From the human T2T-CHM13v2.0 reference genome, Homo sapiens: 64,000 nt of DNA. The DNA lies in the NCBI RefSeq assembly GCF_009914755.1, contig NC_060929.1. One strand, 5' to 3'. A model generated the notes under the pieces. It had not been told where the DNA came from and ran no database searches. It was given only the letters and a program-made list of their open reading frames with translations. A program made the translations under genes and the position numbers. Every line of letters begins with the position of its first letter. The first letter of the stretch is position 1. This document shows positions 27,058-41,764 of this stretch, one piece after another.

Positions 27058-28091
27058 ACATCCAGGCAATTTTAAATACCTGTCTGTGTTTTATAACCAC
27101 TCCAAGCTGGTCAGCCTCAAGGAAATCAACTAGGAGAGTTCAGAGTTTTTCCATGTTAAATTCTGACTCTATTTACCAAAGCAAACAAATTAAGGTACTG
27201 AAAGACTTTAGTAAACACAAATATTTTTACTTGTGGTTACAGAGGCTTTGCAAGAGCTCTTGTTCTTAGCAGTGATTATGTTGAGCCATTCATTTCATTC
27301 ACGTAATAGTCTGACAAAATGTGAATGCCTACCATGTGTCCAGTACTTTCTAGGTGATGGAGACGCAGCAGGGAACAAAGTTTCTGCACTCTTGGATCTC
27401 ATATCTACTGCAAGAAACAGACAAGCAATAAACAAGTATAGCCATAATATGTCAGATATTGATATGTGCCATGGGGAAAAAGAAAGTGAGAAAGTAGGTG
27501 AGTGGGTACCAGACTGCAGCAGTAAGGAAGGGTGGTTGCTAATGTCATATATAAGATGGACTCACTGATAAACAGACTTGAAAGAAATGAGGAAGCAAGC
27601 GTTGTGTACATCTGGAGGAAGCCGTTTCCAAGCAGAGGGGGAACAAAAGTAAAGGCCTGAAGTAGGAGTGGCATATTCTTGGAACAGCGAGAAGGCCAGG
27701 GTGACCAGAGCAGAGTGAGCGAGGAGACAGTGGAAGGAGATGTTGTCTTGAGGCCCAGTTGTGTGGGGCTTTGTAGGACATTGCCGGGGCTTCAGCTTTT
27801 TCTCAAAGTGAGGTGGAAAGGCATTAAAAACTGTGGAACCCAGGAGTTACATGATCTGATTTCCATTTAAAAGAATCAATTTGCCTGTGTATTGAGAAAC
27901 AACTGTAGCTATCTATTATTGGCTACTACAAGACTCCAGGGATAATGGTGGCTTGGACCAGTGGTGGTAGCAGTGGAGGTGGTGAGAAGTAGTAAGATTC
28001 TTGGAGGTAGAGCTGACAGGATTTATTGATGGATTGGAAGTATGAGGAAAAGAGAACCAAGAATGACTTTCAAGGTTTTAGGTTGGAGCAA

Positions 28092-28806
<715 letters not shown>

Positions 28807-29295
28807 GAGCAACTCTTGGGCAGAATTGCCTTTTGCTAGAATGAGGAAGGCTGGAATAGATTCGGGTTGCCAGAGGGGTGAGGAGTGCTCGTGGGTTATG
28901 AATCAGGACTTCAACACTAAACATGCTGGGCCGGAGATGCCTGTTAGATATCCAATTAACAGAACTGATTGATACAAGTAATGAAACATTTTATTAGAGA
29001 TATATCTCAAGAATGCAGTTAGAAACACAATGGAGATTTGTCTCTAGCCTAGAGACATAAATGTTTGTGTCATTAGCATATGGATAATTGGCTTATGGTT
29101 CTGCAGGCTATACAGACCCCTGAGACCAGATGAGATCACCTAGTGAGGGTGGATAAAAAAAGACAAGGAAGGACCAAGTACACAATTATTTGCAGGTCAT
29201 TGAGATGAGGAGAAAGCAGCAAAGAAGGCAGAGGAAGGTACCAGAGAGGCAGACAAAGATTAGAGAGCAGTATTCCCGAGTCAGGTAGGTGGTCA

Positions 29296-29724
<429 letters not shown>

Positions 29725-29934
29725 GGAATAGTAAGAATAAAGAACTATCATCTATTGAATGTCTATCATGCCCCAAGGATTGTGCTTCAGTAAATATCAC
29801 ATGTCAACAGTGATGGGTTGGTAGTGGCTACCTGGAGCATTGTGCTGAGAGGGATTCTGAGGCTGCCTCTTTGCTCAAAGGAAAAGGATTGAGCTGTGAT
29901 ATTTGCTATGTATACAATAAGGAATTGGCTTCAC

Positions 29935-30145
29935 AATTGCCAGGTGTTTGTGGACATTGTACTAAGATTTTACGTATATCATCTGAGGAGCTCACAACGC
30001 CAGAGTAGTGATATAATTAGCCCCATTTTACTAATGCAGAGACCCAGGTCAGAGAGGTGTACTAACCTCTGCCCAGTGACACAGCTAGATGTGCCAAAGG
30101 GGAGGCTTGGCCCAGGTCAGCTGACCTTTGTCCCACACTGCACAG
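29935..30145 (-). mobile_element. MIR
   Basis: 'attagccccattttactaatgcagagacccaggtcagagagg...tgcccagtgacacagctag'. Confidence 0.65.
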
Positions 30146-33100
30146 TTTCTCTCTCCTTCTTTCTCCACCCAATCAGAAAAGCACATGGAATTTCAGATCC
30201 CCAGGGTGCCCCTTTTCTAATTTAAACTTATGACACAGAAGGCATATAATCAACAGGATCAACATCAAATGCGCTGATTCCTTTAGGCTCAAAGAAAACG
30301 TGGTAAGCTAGATTCATGAACTTATTTAGGGACACATGTTTGCAAGCTCAAATACAGGAGAAAAAGAAACAAAACATGAAGTAAGAGTAATAAAACCATT
30401 CAAATAGCAAGTTTTTTCAGCCTAGAGCAGTTGAAGATGACACAGTAAGAGCAACCATTAAAATATGACTATTATTTTGTCTTCATCATTCCCATAGCAA
30501 CCTAGTATTATTCCCTGCCAAAAACTAACTCAGTAGGCACCAAGAGTTCACAGCTCCTCGTTTAGCACCAAGTCCTTCCCACAGTCATTTGTATTAACAT
30601 TTGCAAAAGATTTATTTCCCTTTGATTCAAATAATTCCACATTCCCAAGAATACCTAGACTGGAGAGTGGCCAACTGCCTGCAGGGCCTGCAGTCATCTC
30701 CCCGGTCCAGGGTAGTTCCCTGGGCGCCTGTGAATGGCTCATTGTTCAAGACAAACCCACTGCAGAGAACAGAGAAGACACAGAAGAGGAATTAGTGTCA
30801 TGTTCTAGAGACTGATCTGGACTTTGAGCAAAGAAACTGCATGCCCATGGCCATCCCCTAAGGCTACTATGAGTCACAGCTATCAGTGCCTCCCAGCCCA
30901 GGGCTCCCCTGAGATACAGCTCAGTTCATAATCAATAATCAACACACATCTGGAGGTTTCTAACCCACGTTCTTCCATATAACTAAGCAGAGGGCTAGTA
31001 AAGCAGGGCCCAAAATGAAAATCTTCATCATCCTCAAGTATTTGTTAAGTACCAACTGTGCAGGATTAAACACGCTATTCAGGGAAAAGTCTGCAGGCAC
31101 CTTCAAATAGTCTTCATGGCTTTAGCAACTGACCAGAAATCTAAGAAAGGTGTGATGTTTAGACTCTTATATGATGGAGGCTGGAAACCTAAATCCTGCT
31201 CTGAGTTTTGCTACTGAGTTTCTGAATCTATTCTGTATATTCAAACTAATAGAGTACTTCAGAGAAAGGTCTAACTACCCACTTCAAAGTCCATTGAAAT
31301 CAAAGATAAAAGACTGTAATTTTAGAATTTCTTGGGATTAATCAACCTGTCACCAAATTCAATTGCAGAGTGCAAAAAATGTTTCCTGGTGTAGACTTTC
31401 TACATTTAGACCTTATTTGTTATTTCAGCAATATATTAATGAACCACACAATTAATGCTTGATAAGTATAATTTAGTAGCCACAAGCTTATTTTTCAGAA
31501 TATGGCTATTTTCAAAAAGTTACACTTCTTCGTACTTATTCAGGTCTTTTATTGTCCTTATTTGAGCCTTTTAATAGTCAGAAAACTACATTTCAAGATA
31601 AATTTCCATGCCACATTACTTCTCCCAGCTCTCAGAAACCCATCAAAATACATTAGAGAAAATCAATATGGTAATCCAGAAACAATAGCTTAATTCAGTT
31701 ATGGTCCTGACTTACCCATCTGCAAAAAACAATAGCTATATCTGCCCAAGTGAATATATATCCGACTTTACGCCATGGAGAAAAATAAATCTAACTTGCC
31801 AAGACATGCCTCTACCCTTCAACTTCCCTACTTACTATCTACAAGTAAGGCAAAAAGGCTATATGGAGTCTGAACTTCTAACCAATGTACACATCTCAGT
31901 CTTCATTGAGGCCATTAATACATTAAAAACATGGATGAAGGGCTATTTGTTGCGTAAAGTCATTTTTCCCTTGACATTTATTATCAGTAGAAAAGTTTTT
32001 CTGTTTTAATACCCACATTCTGGCATATAATTACTGTAATAAAGTCTACTTCTGCACTCTGGGTGACTGCTGCCAGTATTATGAAATCATGGCAATGGTT
32101 GTAAAAATAAGGGAGGTCACAACCCTTCCACACACACACACACCCACTCTGCAGCTGATATTAAATAGCTCTGGTGGGAAAATGCAGACCTTTAAACTTT
32201 CTCTACCAAACTCAATGCATTCTGTATTTAACTTCTTTAAAACAATTTGTGTTATAAGAATTCAAAAACTGCATATGGCCATGGAAAAAAAAAGAAGGAG
32301 CTTGTACTTAATTAGCTACTAAGTCCAACTTGGACGAAGCACAATAACAACCATTTCTTTGTGCTAACTATTTTTAATGATATGCATTACATGCATTGGC
32401 CTGTCTACTGCCCAGACTGTTCCAGCATCAATCTTGCTTTAGTCTTATGCTTTTGGCAAAGAACAGCATTGGGAAAAGTCTTCATTGTGATGTTTTGCCA
32501 TTTTGGGAGGGATAACTCCTAAAGCATGAATTCCCTCTGAACTTTAAACTACCAACATGGCTTCATGACCACAAGACAATCAATGTCCAAGCACATCAGA
32601 AGCTGTACAAATATTCTCCTTGCACCTCAAACAGTACTCAATATTTTGATTCATCCTCTCTGGGCTTAAGCCGCTTGAATATTTTAATCCAATTGCTTCC
32701 AGCTATTCTCTTACATAACTGTTGAATACAATTTTTCTGCTTCCAACCAAGAACCAAGTCAAGCTAATTCAAGATCATGAAAAGGACAGACAGGTCCAAG
32801 AGGCAGTGGCCTGTGCATTAAAAAATATATATATATTCTAGTTCTTTACATAATAGGAATTTCCTTAGAAAGGGTCTGTTTTTAAAAGTAGAATCTTGGG
32901 TTTCCAAATTAAAATAATCCTGAGTAGGGCTGCTCCTTGAGGGTCTGAAGGCCAGGATCTCCTCTTGCCCTTAGAATGAGAAATCCATCGTCCTCCAAAG
33001 CATCACAGAGAATATAGAATGTGGGAGAACAAGATGTCTAAGGACCACAAGAAAACATCAACAGAACACAGTACAAAGAAAACCAAGCCCTGAGAATGTC

Positions 33101-33194
33101 ACCTCTGCTCTAAACACAGCAACTCCGCCGTCATCTATTTTATTTCCTGGCCTTATGTATCAAGTTTATGTTTAGGAAGTAAAAGAGCCACTAA

Positions 33195-33800
33195 AACCGT
33201 TTTAGAAAGCAGTTTGAGTTGTGCAAACCCTGCAACCAGCAATTCCACTCCTAGGTATGTGTCCTGGAGTAACTGGTACATATCTGCCCCAGAATGTATG
33301 TATGTGAATGCTCACAGCATTGTTGTTCATGATGGCTGCAAATCAGAATCATCCCATAGTACAATGGATAAATACATTGCAGTGAATTTGTACAATAGAA
33401 AACTATACAGCAGGAAAAGTAATAAACCAGAGGTTTGTGCCACAACATAAATGAATCTTACAAACACAATGTTGAATTAAAAAAGGCAAGATGTGAAAGA
33501 AAACATAGAATCATTCCACCCATATAAAGTCGGAAAGGAGGCAATACTAATCTATCTTATGTAGAGATGTATATATGAGTAATAAAGCCAGGAAGAAAAG
33601 CAAAGAAATGATTAGCACAGAAGTCTGAAGAATATTTTCTTTGGAGGGAAAGCAGGTGAGAGAAAGTTGTGATTCAGATTCAGGATGAGAAGTAGGGGAG
33701 ACTTCTGGGGTGCTGGCAACATCTTATTTCTCACCCTTTAAAATCTTTCCGTGTGAATATTTTATCATTTACTTCACAATTGCAAAAATTAACAAACACA
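33195..33800 (+). mobile_element. L1ME-type 3' region
   Basis: 'ccagcaattccactcctaggtat', 'acaacataaatgaatcttacaaacacaatgttgaa', 'cttctggggtgctggcaac'. Confidence 0.8.
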
Positions 33801-36800
33801 AAAAGCACCACCTAAAGAAAAAATGTTTGAAGAAATCACTGTTTCAATTTAATTTCTTCATGTTAAATAAGGAACTGGAGGTCAGGAAGATTAAGTCAGT
33901 TGCCATTTCTCCTGTTGACCTGATGTGGGCTCTTGGATGCGGGGCTTGTTATGGAGCCTCTTCTTTTCTCAGAACCTGGGGACCTGGAGAGGCCAGGCCA
34001 TCTGGAATTAATGTCCTTCCCCATATTTTACTCTGCTGGTTCCCCAAGCACTTTACCCAGCCAGAGCTTCTTTGCCTTTCCTTTCTCTCCCTTCAAGGTA
34101 AGGATTTTTCTACTTTGAAAGGAGTTGTTAATGGATAACCTTTCTTCTCCAGTGGGTTTTAGGGGGTCAAGGGCCTGTCATTATTCCACTGGGCTCTTCC
34201 ATCCAGCATGCAAACTGACCCACTCTTCTTCCTCCTCCACAGCTCCTCTTCCTCACAGGCAGCCCTCAACCTCTCTCAACTCTGTGGATCCAAACTGGAC
34301 AGACACACGTACTATACAAACATCCTTGTATACACGCATACCACCACTCAGACCCTGTCTTGATTCCATGTCTGCCTGACTTACAGTCCTATGCAGACCG
34401 TATCTAATGCATAATCTATACCCTAAAACCTACTATACTTTGCATTTCATGGATGTTTAAAACTAAAATTTTAGCCCTACATGTTAAACTCAATGCTTCT
34501 TTAGATACTTTTCGATCATCATTCATATAAACAATTGAAAGTGTCAGGGTAAGTTACAGACATGTACTTTGGCTACTGCAGGGGTGTCATTCTAAACTCC
34601 TACTGCTTGAGCTGCCCAGTATATATTGCCTTTATAATCAGGTTTTAAAAATATTTGATTATCTCCTTCCTCTAAAAAAAAATCAGTTGCTGAGGAAACA
34701 TCTAGCCAGAACATTGTTTAGAGGTAAAATTGTGTGTTAAGAACTTCCACATGAGGCATTTGTAAATAATAACATAATGTAAATAATAACATGATTTTCA
34801 CAGCTTATACAGGAATCTGTTTACTAGATTTCTCCAAGTCAGTGGCATTCTTGGATTTTAAGAATCTAAAAGAAATTTAAGAAAAACCGAAGACAGAACC
34901 TGGAGAAGTAAATGAAAGGGTAACAGCAAAAATTCAGAAGTGCTGGTAATTGTGTTTGTTTGTTTCTTTTAGGCAGTTACACAAGCAAGAAATTGCAGGG
35001 CGGAGCTTGACCTTCCAACAGAAATCTCTACAGAGGCCACTACAAAGATTACCAAGCCCAGTGTATGTCCTCACTGTCGGAACAATACTCATTACAGTTT
35101 GCAAATTTGGACATTAAAGAAACTGTATCATCCTTGAGTGTTCAGAGTAATGGAATTTCTGCTGCCTCTCAGCATTCATGTCATTGCCCTGAAGCATGGT
35201 GGCTTGATTGCAAAAATCTTCAAGGAATCTTCATTCCAGGACCAGAAATTTCAGGCTTGACAAAGTAAAGGTAGCAAAGTGAAGCTATGTCCCATAACTG
35301 AGAAACTCTATGATAAGTCTCTGAAAAATGGAATTACAGAGGGAACCAAAAATCCAATGTAGTCCATGCCACCAAGCAGAGCAAAAACACAGAAGAAAAT
35401 GGCAAATAAAAATGTAGGCAGCAAAAGAAAAATATTATGTATGAAAATCCAAATAAAGCGATAGATTCTTTAGCCCCATGAACAACTCTCTCCAAATAAA
35501 CTTGCTATCACTCTCAAAGAAGCTCATATGCATGTAGAAGTTTTCTAGCCATGGATAAACAAGAAAGAAGTGTCATTTCAAGAAGAGCTGGCCATAAGAA
35601 AAAATGTTTTTGTCAGAAGAACAGCAATATTTGCAATCTCCCACCTTCTCTGCAGAAGGCCAATGTAACCAAAAACATCTGAAGAAGCCAAAATCTTCTA
35701 TGTGTCATGTGGGCACAATGCCAGTACCAGATAAAGCAAAACAAGAGGGGTGATTATTTTTCTCTTCAAAACAACCCCATGTGCAAAGACTTGATTTGCC
35801 TCCTGCTGTGTACCTTCAACAAGATGAACTCATGTAGTTAAAATTCCAGATCACATCACTTCTTTAAAAATCGCTCCTAGGGACTTTGCTCTCTGGTTTT
35901 CTGTGCCTTGCTGTCATCTACCCATCCTTCCCAGCACTGCTTGACCCCAGCAGCACACACAGAGCCTCCCTTGCCTTTGGATTCCCAAGGCATTAGCTGT
36001 GCACATCACTCATTCTGACCCAATGCACGGAGCACTGCTTCGGGACCAAACTGCCCCCCAAGAGTTCGTGGTTTGTTTCCCCAACCAGATTCTAAGATCA
36101 TGGAAAACAGAGAACTTTATTGTACTTTCTTATCCATCCCCTACCATAGTGCTGAGCTCATAGTAGGTGCTCAGACCTACTATGCTCCACGCTGCCTTCC
36201 CCCCCACCGCTCTGGATCATCACGCAGAAATAAATACCCTTACAGCGCGAAGGCACCACCATCAGGGTGGTTGTGGCTTCCCTTCTGTTGCTTCAGTGTC
36301 TTCTCTTTCTCTGGTTTGCTTTTTAGACAAAGAGTGGGCAGAAACTAAAAACACCTGCAGGTCAGTGAGTGTCTACTTAATGCAAAATGATGGCTCTGAA
36401 CACTAGAATACAGGTCAGGTCACCACTGAACTTTAACATAGCATGATGGTAACACAGGTCATAACCACCCTGAGCAATAAACAATGTCAGGATCACTGAA
36501 TAGCAAACAATTGTAGGAGACAGATAGAAGTTTTCGCAGTATTTGGAACTAAGTCCCTAAAACATCCAACAGGACCGTTCGTTCTGCTATAATGTGATAG
36601 TAGATTCTTAAATATTATGTTTTATCAAAAACTGGGATATTAAGATAGTTGTTTCAGTGGAAGGGGAAGATGATTAGGGTTAGGATTGGAAAGTTTCAGA
36701 CATGATAACTAACAATAGAGGAGTTTCATAGTTATATGTTATTATCATAACCTAAAATATACATACCCCATTGGTCAAGGTTGACAGAATAAACCCAAGT

Positions 36801-37759
36801 GTTTCAAACCACACACTCAGTAATACCAGTCTTCTCCATCTCCTTTGGCTTTTATTTTGTGATTCTGCTGATTTGAACACCCAATCTTAAACCAAAGAGA
36901 GAAGGATATAAGCAAAAATTCAGAGCAGCTCACCAAGGAAACATGCAACAGTATCTTGCTAGGCTTTGCAGGGCCTTAATTTTCTCTTCCCCCGTGGGGT
37001 TCCCGTTCCTCAGTCACCCATTATAATCAAGAGAAGTTGTATAATGCAAAAATGCTCCGAATTAGTAGAATAACTTGTATTATTTTCCATTATGAAAACT
37101 CCCAATAGAGGGAAAATGGCTAAACTCCAGGCTTAAAATTCAATTTGGGATTTTCATATCAGTCACTGACTTCCTGGGACCACATCAGCGATGTTTCTGT
37201 CAGGAGTCTATGGCCATAGAGATATTAGTCTTGCCCATTCCTGAACAGCCTCTCCAGATTGTTTCCCTCCAAAATGCAGGAAAATGTCCACTGTACAATT
37301 TTTTAAAACCATAAAACCTAGTAGAAAGGACCAGAGGCATCTCCTTAAGGTATAGGCATCCTCCAGAGCAAGAATGATTCTAGGGGTAAGGCTGAAGGTG
37401 CCTGTGGCTGTACCTTCAGGGCAATTCTTCATGTCACGTGGATCATGGGGATTTGGTGTTTTAAAGGAATATTGTCAACAGGGAAAACTAGCAGGCCCCT
37501 TAAAAAGGTGAGAGTGGAAATCTAGTTTAAAAAACAAGGCATCTCGTTCATCTTCTACAGAATTTGCCAAATCCATCCTAGATGAGTGGATGAAAAGTCT
37601 TATTTCCATGCCATCAATTAAGGCCATTAATCCTTTCCAGCACTGACATATTGGTCTGGGCTTATTCAGGATTTTGACAAAAAGCTTACACAGCAGGTTT
37701 TCTGATTGAGTCATTCTAAGTAATTCTGAGGCCCTGGGAAAGTCAACCTGCTGTATCAT

Positions 37760-38350
37760 TATAACTGCCAGAATGCTAAGTGTGCCACCTGGATGATCTA
37801 GACCATCTATGTGACATTGCCAGGAAGCTTTTATAGCACCATCTCACAGATGAGAAAACCAAGGCATAGGGAAGTTAAGCATTGCTATGATCTGAATGTT
37901 TGTGTACCCCCAAAATTCTTATACTGGAATCTAATATCCAGTGTGATGGTATTAAGCGGTGGGGCATTTTGGAAAGTGATAAGTTATGAGGCTCTGCCCT
38001 ATGAATGGGATTCGTGCCCCTATAAAAGAGACTCAAGGAAGCTCCCTTGCCCCTTCTGCCATGTGAAGACACAGCAAGAAGGCACCATTTTGAAGCAGAG
38101 AGAGCAGCCTTCACCGGACACTGAATCTGCTAGTTCCTTGATCTTGGACTTTGCAGCCTCCAGAACTGTATGCAATACATTTCTGTTTACAGATTACTGA
38201 GTCTAAGGTATTTTGTTACAGCAGCTCAAATGGACTAAGAAAAGTGGCTTCTTCAAGAACATGTGCCTGATAAAGTTGATGAAATCAGGATTCAAACCTA
38301 GGCTGTCTGATACAGGCCCACAGGCTTAACCACTACACCACACTGCCTTT
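37760..38350 (-). mobile_element. MIR, interrupted by MSTD
   Basis: 'catctcacagatgagaaaaccaaggcatagggaagttaag' then 'ggattcaaacctaggctgtctga...cttaaccactacacca'. Confidence 0.75.
37883..38242 (+). mobile_element. MSTD/MLT1A-type MaLR solo LTR
   Basis: 'tgctatgatctgaatgtttgtgt'...'ccttgatcttggactt.gcagcctccagaactgt'...'ggactaaga'. Confidence 0.88.
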
Positions 38351-38409
38351 CTCCATGTATGCCACAAGGACTTAATATGAGTGGCTTACAAGGACTCATA
38401 TTAAGTGAC

Positions 38410-38856
38410 TTCCCAGTCAACTCTTTGTGCTCACATCACATCTCCTCAGCCCACCTCTGATTTCAGCCCTGGTTTTGGCATTGAGTTCTAGAAATCTCAG
38501 GTCATTTTCTTGCTTTCTGCCTCAGGACCTCCTGTGAAGGTGTGGGAGCCCAGGCAGGCCACTTTCAAGTCAGCTTGGAAATCCTCAAGCAATGAGGCGT
38601 GAGAACTGTGAAGAAGTGCCCCAGGCTCCAGCATAACAAAGGACAATCTGGAGACTTTCCATGCACTTCTTAGAACGCCAGGGTAACCATGCTCCCGTTG
38701 TCCACAGCATCAGCCTTGATAACATACCCTAATATTTTCCTTTCTGCCACATTCTCTCCATCCCCTCATTCCTGCTTCTTGGGTTCAACTCCTAAATAAA
38801 CTACCTGCACGTGAGATCTACTGTCGGGCTTGCTTTTGGGGAACCAAACTTAGACA
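38410..38856 (+). mobile_element. LTR16A-like ERVL LTR
   Basis: 3' end 'cctaaataaactacctgcac...gcttgcttttggggaaccaaacttagaca'. Confidence 0.7.
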
Positions 38857-39584
38857 TCCTGCCTTTGCAGCTTGATGAACCACACTGTTTCTTGGGGCTC
38901 CTTCCTAATCTGTTATTCAGATTTTTACATCCTACACAAATTTTCAGCAACCTGCCCTGAATGAAGTCCATCAGGGCATACATTCCAGAAGGAGCTACTG
39001 CCAGTACATGAGACAATTCTCTTGTGTTAAAATTTACCTAAAGGTTCCGGGCTGTGAGTTGCTGAATCTGCATTTCCACCTAGTTTTCCCAGAAGTGGCT
39101 GTTCATCCAGGAAGACTTGTTCTGCTCACTAGTCTATACGGAAGGCTTGGCATAGTTCTGTACTCAGTTATCCAGAAAGACAGTTCTGGTCCTCATATAA
39201 TCGTGTGGATGTGTTTAGAGATTCTGTAAGGTGAAAAAGCAATCTGCCAGTGCATTAATTTGGAGAAACTATGTATTTCTATTTTAAAACTGGAAAATTG
39301 CTTTTTAAAATTTGTCATTTCTCCAAATATTTTATTTTTCACTATGCTAAGTGATCCAAATGCATTGTACATTCCCTATGCTGTAGGTACAATTATTGTG
39401 CCCTCTAACCACTATAGATGCACAATAAACTCAGAGTAATAAATTAACATTCAAGACAAATCATTAAATTCATGTTCACAATTCCCCCCATAAAGAAAGA
39501 CTGTAAGCATCTCTTTAAAGGTATGTGACAGTAAGGTTATTTTGGCTTAAGACCAATTTTCAGTGCACAGATCAAGAATGTTAC

Positions 39585-40062
39585 TTATTCTTTTATTTGT
39601 TTGTGTTTTAATTGTGGTGAAATATACATAGAATTAATCATGTTAGCCATTTTCACTGTTCAGTTCAATAGTGTTAAGTATATTTGCACTGTTGTACAAT
39701 GAGTCTCCAGAACCTTTTCATCTTGCAAAACTAAAATTTTCTATCCATTAAACAACTCCTTGTTTCTCCCTTCCCCAGCCCTTGGCAGCCACCTTCTACC
39801 TTCTATTTTTATGACTTCACATACTCTAGATATCTCATAGAAGTGAAGTCATACAGTATTTGTCCTTCTGTGACTGGCTTGTTTCACTTAGCATAATGTC
39901 CTTGAAGTTCATCCATGTAGTAACTTCCTTTTTAAGGCTGAATAGTATTCTACTCATGCAAATACCACATTTTGTCTATTCATTCATCCATCCGTATACA
40001 CTTTGTGTGGCTTCTACTTCTTGACTATTGTGAATAGCTCTGCTATGAACATGGGTGCACCA
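39585..40062 (-). mobile_element. L1MB-type 3' end
   Basis: 'aattgtggtgaaatataca', 'ctccagaaccttttcatcttgcaaaact', 'gtccttctgtgactggcttgtttcacttagcataatgtcc'. Confidence 0.88.
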
Positions 40063-40344
40063 GCAAGTTGCTGTTAATGAAAATGATTCATTCTGTAGTG
40101 TTCCTTCCAGCTCACAGTCTTACATTCCTGTTATCAAGAAAAGCTAACTTAAAGTCCTTCTTACTCAGTTATCCACATTTGGAATTAGCTTAACCTGTTG
40201 GCCTAACAGTCATGACCCAGTGTAACCACTCATGTCTCAGCACAGATGACAAAACGCAACTTGGCTAGGAGGAAATAGGCTCAGTGGAGGGCTGGCCTTG
40301 GAGAACTCATCTTAACAAAGTGGAGACAAAGTTATTTTGGGAGG

Positions 40345-40582
40345 TCATGTAAGCAGAGTGATTATCATCATGGGGTCTGGGATCAAAATCCCAGCTCCAG
40401 CCTTCACTAGCTGTGTGACCTTGAGAAAGTTACTTAACCTCCCTAAACCTCAGTTCCTAATCTCTAAACAGAGGCAGTGATCATAATAGTATGGACATCT
40501 AGGAACATGGTGAGGAGTAAATAAAATAATCCATGTTAAGAATTTAGTGTCTGGCATACAGTAAGCGCCCAACAACTGTTAG
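40345..40582 (+). mobile_element. MIR
   Basis: 'cactagctgtgtgaccttgagaaagttacttaacctccctaaacctcagttcc'. Confidence 0.85.
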
Positions 40583-41489
40583 CCCATATTCTGTAGTTAC
40601 AGGTCACTGTTCCAAACCCCTCAATTTACAGAGGAGGCTCAGCAAGTTGAAGGAACATTTACTCCTGCCTTCACACGTAGCCATATGCATATGCAGACAC
40701 AAAGCCACAGAGCTCCGTGTGTGCAAAGACCCCCTGTTTGATTTTAAAACCCTTGTGATCAGGGCTTTACTATCTAGCTATGAAAGTTTGGTTTATCTCA
40801 AAACTTTGATTTAAAAAACACGTCAATTAACCTAAGTTTGACCCTGAGAGCCCACAGGCTTAAAAACAAAAGCTAAAAAACAGGAACTGAAAAAGTTAAA
40901 AAAAAAAAAAAATGTGAGCAAAACTAAGTAAACAGCATGCACACTTTTCTACTTTTCTGCTAAGAAAATCCTTAACTTTGTATTTCTTGAATCCTGTTTA
41001 AAATATATTTGGCTTTCTTTTGCATCAAATGTGGACCATCATAACCATCATCCAAAGACCACTGCACTTTAAATAATGATCCACGCTTTTACTTGGCCTT
41101 TCACAGGCTGGAACCAATTACCAAATTTCTCTCCCCACCCCCCCACCCCCACCCACCAGCACATTTCTGCCTTTGCAGCTCTGATTACTAGAGTTGAACA
41201 CATTTGAGCAGTTCATTAGACAACAGTCCAAAGCTTCAGGGCAACTTGGGGGCCACATTCACATAGAATTCAGAGTTTGCAGCCTGCCAGCCAAGCACGC
41301 TCCCTCATGCATGCTGCTGCTGAGCAACTCCCAGTCCCATAGAACAGCCTCCCAGCTACAGTGTCCTCTCTAAATCTCTGGCTCATGGTACCTTTCAAGT
41401 ACATGGTGAGCTTCCTCTAGCATTCTGGGACACTTTAAGGAATCTACCTGGCTCTTTTTCATTTTTAAATTTTTAAAAAATTATTATGT

Positions 41490-41658
41490 ATTATTATTAT
41501 TGTTATTTTTTAAGCCAGGGTCTCACTCTGTCATCCAGGCTGGGGTGCAGTGACAGGATCACAGCTCATTGCAGCCTCAAACTTCTGGGTTCAAGCAATC
41601 CTCCTGCCTTAGCCTCCCAAAGTATTGGGATTATAGGCATGAGCCACTGAGCCTAGCC
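41490..41658 (-). mobile_element. FLAM (free left Alu monomer)
   Basis: Single monomer 'cagggtctcactctgtcatccaggctgg...caagcaatcctcctgccttagcctcccaaagtattgggattataggcatgagccac'. Confidence 0.85.
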
Positions 41659-41764
41659 TTCTTTTTTTTGATCAGATTTACATTCCTCAATATTCAAGGT
41701 TCACAATGCAAAGCAACATTAACGATTTATTTTCTTCTCAGGTTTTGTGTGTGTGTGTGCACAC

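Noticed and set aside
36550-36800. Possible ancient Tigger-like remnant (also possible hAT relics at ~29805-29930 and ~48675-48900)
   Set aside because: Similarity too faint to assign a family or boundaries without a Dfam search
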